Virus record (IMG/VR): IMGVR_UViG_3300042528_000252
Location: 1-48,791 of that record
Origin: a virus
Taxonomy: Duplodnaviria > Caudoviricetes
Reading direction: 5' to 3' (one strand)
DNA: 48,791 bases
The notes below the pieces were generated by a model that had not been told where the DNA came from, ran no database searches, and was given only the letters and a program-made list of their open reading frames with translations. Shown piece by piece: positions 45,786-48,791 of the stretch. The position numbers were made by a program, and so were the translations under genes. How positions within the stretch are numbered: position 1 is the stretch's first letter; every line of letters begins with the position of its first letter.

Positions 45786-46280
45786 TTACTTAGTATACTT
45801 GATAACTTTGTGTATGTCAAATTCTTTTACAACTTCTTTATTAGTAAACAAATCTTCAAATGGTGGCATAAATGTATCACCCTCATAACTACCATTTACA
45901 TGCGTAACATAAAATTCTGTAATATATGGTAATAATCTAACATATGTTTTAGCTCCACCCGCAACAATTATGTCTGGATCATTATTTAAATCCATCAAAG
46001 ATATGTCGGTTGTATCTATAAGTTTACCACTAAGATTGTTTTTGTTAACAAAATATTGATTTTGAATATAAGCATCCAATTCTTCAATTCTTCTTGTTAA
46101 TACCAGAATTTCTCTGTTTTTCAAAAATGGTAATGTATCAAATGTATTTTTACCCACAATAAGTTTTTTACCCATCGTAAATTCTTTAAACCATCTGAAA
46201 TCTTCCTTGATACTTGGCCATGGCAATCCACCATTCTTGCCTATAACCCTATTTTGTGCCATTGCAATTATTGCTTTCAT
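45786..46280 (-). CDS. folA: Dihydrofolate reductase
   Basis: AIIAMAQNRVIG..GGLPW...ED..WFK..T, GKNTF, L.NR..VLTR, AGGAKTY, GDTF.P. Confidence 0.95.
   Translation of the reverse strand: MKAIIAMAQNRVIGKNGGLPWPSIKEDFRWFKEFTMGKKLIVGKNTFDTLPFLKNREILVLTRRIEELDAYIQNQYFVNKNNLSGKLIDTTDISLMDLNNDPDIIVAGGAKTYVRLLPYITEFYVTHVNGSYEGDTFMPPFEDLFTNKEVVKEFDIHKVIKYTK
45792..45820 (-). promoter_or_regulatory. Near-consensus sigma70 promoter inside the 3' end of folA, driving thyA
   Basis: TTGACA-17-TATACT; ATG 7 nt downstream. Confidence 0.8.
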
Positions 46281-46286
46281 CAATAA

Positions 46287-46778
46287 TTAATATAGAGACT
46301 TAATTGCTGATTCTAATGTTAGAAGTCGAACATGAAGTGCTTTTAGTTCCGATAGAACTTGATCACGATTTTCTAGTGGTTCAACGTGTTTTGATACGTC
46401 AAATTGAGAATTTTCTAAAACACATCCCAAATGATCTGTTCCAGATAGATAATCATATTCTACCTCACTTGTGTCTTTTCCACAATATCTACACATCCAC
46501 TTTGAACGTAGTTCAGAATCTTCAATACGTCGATTCTCTATAATGGTGTTCAATCTATTTAGAATAGAAGCAACCTCTTCATTGGATGTTGCACTAGAAA
46601 TATCACAAGCCCAATTAGCTGCGCCATCCTCTTGACCCTCCAAATCAGGCCAAATCTTGATAAGTTCTTTCTCAATCAATTCCATGTATGGATCGATTTG
46701 TTTGTTTTGAATATCTCGTATGGCACGAGCGTAGGTTATGATAATGTTTTTGCTTGTGTTTTTAGGTGTTGAGTTCAT
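46287..46778 (-). CDS. Hypothetical protein with CxxC..HxxC zinc-finger-like motif
   Basis: CRYCGK.T..VEYDYL...DHLGC. Confidence 0.65.
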   Translation of the reverse strand: MNSTPKNTSKNIIITYARAIRDIQNKQIDPYMELIEKELIKIWPDLEGQEDGAANWACDISSATSNEEVASILNRLNTIIENRRIEDSELRSKWMCRYCGKDTSEVEYDYLSGTDHLGCVLENSQFDVSKHVEPLENRDQVLSELKALHVRLLTLESAIKSLY

Positions 46779-46779
46779 A

Positions 46780-46941
46780 TTATTTTGTTAAAAACTTAAT
46801 TACTTCTTTGACTGTGAAGTAGAACAGAAATGGAATTAGTACCGTAAAGAATATTGATAATACTAGTATTAGTCCCAATGCAAATATAGTACCAAAGATT
46901 AATCCAATAATCAAGTCTATAAGTTTATATATTTTATTCAT
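46780..46941 (-). CDS. 53-aa hydrophobic membrane peptide (not in ORF track)
   Basis: Hand translation MNKIYKLIDLIIGLIFGTIFALGLILVLSIFFTVLIPFLFYFTVKEVIKFLTK; exactly fills the gap. Confidence 0.65.
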   Translation of the reverse strand: MNKIYKLIDLIIGLIFGTIFALGLILVLSIFFTVLIPFLFYFTVKEVIKFLTK

Positions 46942-47206
46942 CTTTTAAAAATCTGTTGTAAATTAACTTGCCAAGATTAGCCGCAAATTTTCTTGCTTTC
47001 TTTTCCGGTAAATCATACAAATGTGCATGAAATACTTCTTCAATTAATACATTTAATTGTCTACGAGTTTTCAAAGTGGGATCAACAAGTATTGCAGGAT
47101 TTTTAATGTCTGGATTATCACACAAACCAGATGCTTTATATTTTGGTAGTGGTTTATTGTAATTAACTGTATATTGTATTCCTTCAAAATTCTTGAACTT
47201 CATCAT
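46934..47206 (-). CDS. Mini-zincin-like protein with altered metal motif
   Basis: G.CD.P....I.VD..L.....L..LIEEVFHA (HExxH changed to EExxH). Confidence 0.55.
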   Translation of the reverse strand: MMKFKNFEGIQYTVNYNKPLPKYKASGLCDNPDIKNPAILVDPTLKTRRQLNVLIEEVFHAHLYDLPEKKARKFAANLGKLIYNRFLKDE

Positions 47207-47388
47207 TCACCTTTCACAAAACTTTTCTTTGTTTCTTTAAGAAGAATACTGATATCATCAAGACTACGCACTCTGTCACGATAAAGAATCTCCGTCTTAA
47301 CACGTTCTTCATCAATAAGTTTAATTAACTCATTGAGCTTTTGCATTGTGACTACTGGTTTTAGCCGTTCGAATTCATTTACATTCAT
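47203..47388 (-). CDS. Hypothetical coiled-coil protein
   Basis: Overlap-coupled ORF. Confidence 0.55.
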   Translation of the reverse strand: MNVNEFERLKPVVTMQKLNELIKLIDEERVKTEILYRDRVRSLDDISILLKETKKSFVKGE

Positions 47389-47629
47389 TTAGAAACTCCT
47401 TTAATTGTTTTTGGTTTTCTGTATTTAGAATTAAAAAATCAGACCATGGTTTACCATGTATAAGAATTTGCCAACACCATCTTAGTCTTTCACGCCATGG
47501 TAAAACTCTACCACTTAATCCTCGTTCAAATAAGCTCAAAGATACTTCATTTTCATCTTTAAATTTTTCCACAAGAAGTCCGTGTTCGTAACAATCGCAA
47601 ATCAAAAAGATTGAGTCTGGGTCTTTCAT
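47375..47629 (-). CDS. Hypothetical protein (CxC..H motif)
   Basis: F.ICDC..H, W.ERLR..W. Confidence 0.65.
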   Translation of the reverse strand: MKDPDSIFLICDCYEHGLLVEKFKDENEVSLSLFERGLSGRVLPWRERLRWCWQILIHGKPWSDFLILNTENQKQLKEFLNECK

Positions 47630-48213
47630 ATTTTTAAAAATCGTTCAACGTTCCAAATTTTGTAAGTTATCCACGTTGCAGATTTATGAATAGTTCTACA
47701 AATAAAAGTAATCGATTTATTATAAGGTTTACCAATCAATCTGTAAAATAGTGTATATTCAAATTTTTGTCTATTTGTCCAATATTCAACATCCTTCCGG
47801 TGTTTTTCTTTACGTTCACTGTTATCAGTTGCGGTAAATTCTAACAATTTAGCTCCAGTAACCTTGCCATCTACAAATGTTACATCATATTCAATCCAAT
47901 AATCATATGTTTCATTAGTATCACTATCATAGGCATATAATCGGATTGTATCTGTTATAGGAAAAATTTGTTGCCACCAAACTTTGATTTCCTTACGAGA
48001 AGGCAACTTATCAAGTAAAGTTTTAGCATTTGGGTTACCGTCAGTGTATTCATACTCTGCACAACGCAACCAAAGTTTACCATCTTCACGGATTTCATAC
48101 AAATCCATTGCGTTGTCAAAATCCTTGGTTTGATACTTGTTATTACAATAACCTTTAGGATCTTCAGGTAACGGAAGTGGATATTTACACACTATGTCAT
48201 CAAACATTCCCAT
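47626..48213 (-). CDS. Phage hypothetical protein (MGMFD..QTKD type)
   Basis: MGMFD.I.C.YPLP, YQTKD....M..Y.I..DG.L, WIEY...F.DG. Confidence 0.75.
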   Translation of the reverse strand: MGMFDDIVCKYPLPLPEDPKGYCNNKYQTKDFDNAMDLYEIREDGKLWLRCAEYEYTDGNPNAKTLLDKLPSRKEIKVWWQQIFPITDTIRLYAYDSDTNETYDYWIEYDVTFVDGKVTGAKLLEFTATDNSERKEKHRKDVEYWTNRQKFEYTLFYRLIGKPYNKSITFICRTIHKSATWITYKIWNVERFLKI

Positions 48214-48216
48214 AAA

Positions 48217-48450
48217 TTAATTTCCTCTATTTTTGTGTTCTTGAATATCATAAAGAAAATCACGAAATGAAATATAATCATCAATATCTACTTGTGGTAC
48301 TCCATCAACTTCATAATCTTTGATATAGTCCAAAATGATATCAACATAATAGCCTGGAATGGTAATTGTTTTACCATCAAACTTAAGGTCATCATGTTGA
48401 ATAATGATGGGATTGTTTACTTTGTCTTTAATAGTTAGTTCTTTTTCCAT
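48217..48450 (-). CDS. Hypothetical protein, first gene of the leftward operon
   Basis: Directly downstream of a consensus promoter. Confidence 0.7.
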   Translation of the reverse strand: MEKELTIKDKVNNPIIIQHDDLKFDGKTITIPGYYVDIILDYIKDYEVDGVPQVDIDDYISFRDFLYDIQEHKNRGN

Positions 48451-48456
48451 AGTGGT

Positions 48457-48485
48457 ATCCTAGATTAACTATCAAACTTTGTCAA
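48457..48485 (-). promoter_or_regulatory. Sigma70-type promoter (leaderless)
   Basis: TTGACA-17-TAGGAT; ATG 6 nt downstream. Confidence 0.8.
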
Positions 48486-48530
48486 TATAAAAAATTTATA
48501 ATTTTAAAATTTTATATGTATATTTGAGTT

Positions 48531-48791
48531 ATGGAAGTAAAAGAAATTATAATAGTTGATGCATATATAAAACACCAATCTTTGGAAAATTTGTTTTGTG
48601 AACAACTTGAATGGTTTAAATCGATTAACATTCCTGTTTTAGTAAATTCCAACACCATATTATCAGAACGAATTTTGAATATGGTGGACTATTATTTTTA
48701 TGATAAAAACAATGTGTTGTTTAATGAGTCAGACTTTGATCAGATTGATAAAAGTTTCTATAGGTTTTCAGATGGAAGCATTTCGGTTAGA
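48531..48791 (+). CDS. Partial CDS running off the window end
   Basis: Hand translation MEVKEIIIVDAYIKH...MVDYYFYDKNNVLF..., no stop before 48791. Confidence 0.7.
   Translation, partial: MEVKEIIIVDAYIKHQSLENLFCEQLEWFKSINIPVLVNSNTILSERILNMVDYYFYDKNNVLFNESDFDQIDKSFYRFSDGSISVR

Noticed and set aside
1-48791. Stop-codon reassignment as in some large phages
   Set aside because: Known genes (fcl, thyA, folA, ligases) are intact under the standard code; TAA, TGA and TAG all end genes and coding density is high.

Overview
AT-rich fragment of a large tailed dsDNA phage genome, read with the standard genetic code. I saw no rRNA, tRNA or CRISPR array. Left part (1-29.5 kb, mostly + strand) is a virion adhesion locus: three giant fibre proteins (>1490, 1834 and 3390 aa) built from roughly 55-60 'ERMRI..GNVGIGTTSP..KL.V' joint modules. 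They are interleaved with six LamG/ConA-like lectin genes that have near-constant ends and variable or domain-inserted cores, followed by small putative assembly proteins, with a glycosyltransferase-like gene and GDP-fucose synthase on the opposite strand. Right part (29.5-48.5 kb, mostly - strand) is an early/accessory region with a dispersed RNA-repair toolkit (two RNA ligases, a Pnk-type kinase, two metallophosphoesterases, a cyclic-phosphate-processing receiver domain, a nucleotidyltransferase). It also holds a DUF6915-led operon ending in an SPFH lipoprotein, a GIY-YIG homing endonuclease, thyA and folA. Regulatory signals read directly from the DNA: eight strong sigma70-type promoters placed 5-9 nt from the ATG (leaderless mRNAs); a candidate late promoter TATTTAT(A/T), the reverse complement of the T4 late box; a 14-bp hairpin sequestering the endonuclease start codon; and a 24-26 bp hairpin repeated three times around single-gene cassettes. 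Family assignments come from motif recognition only; no searches were run.
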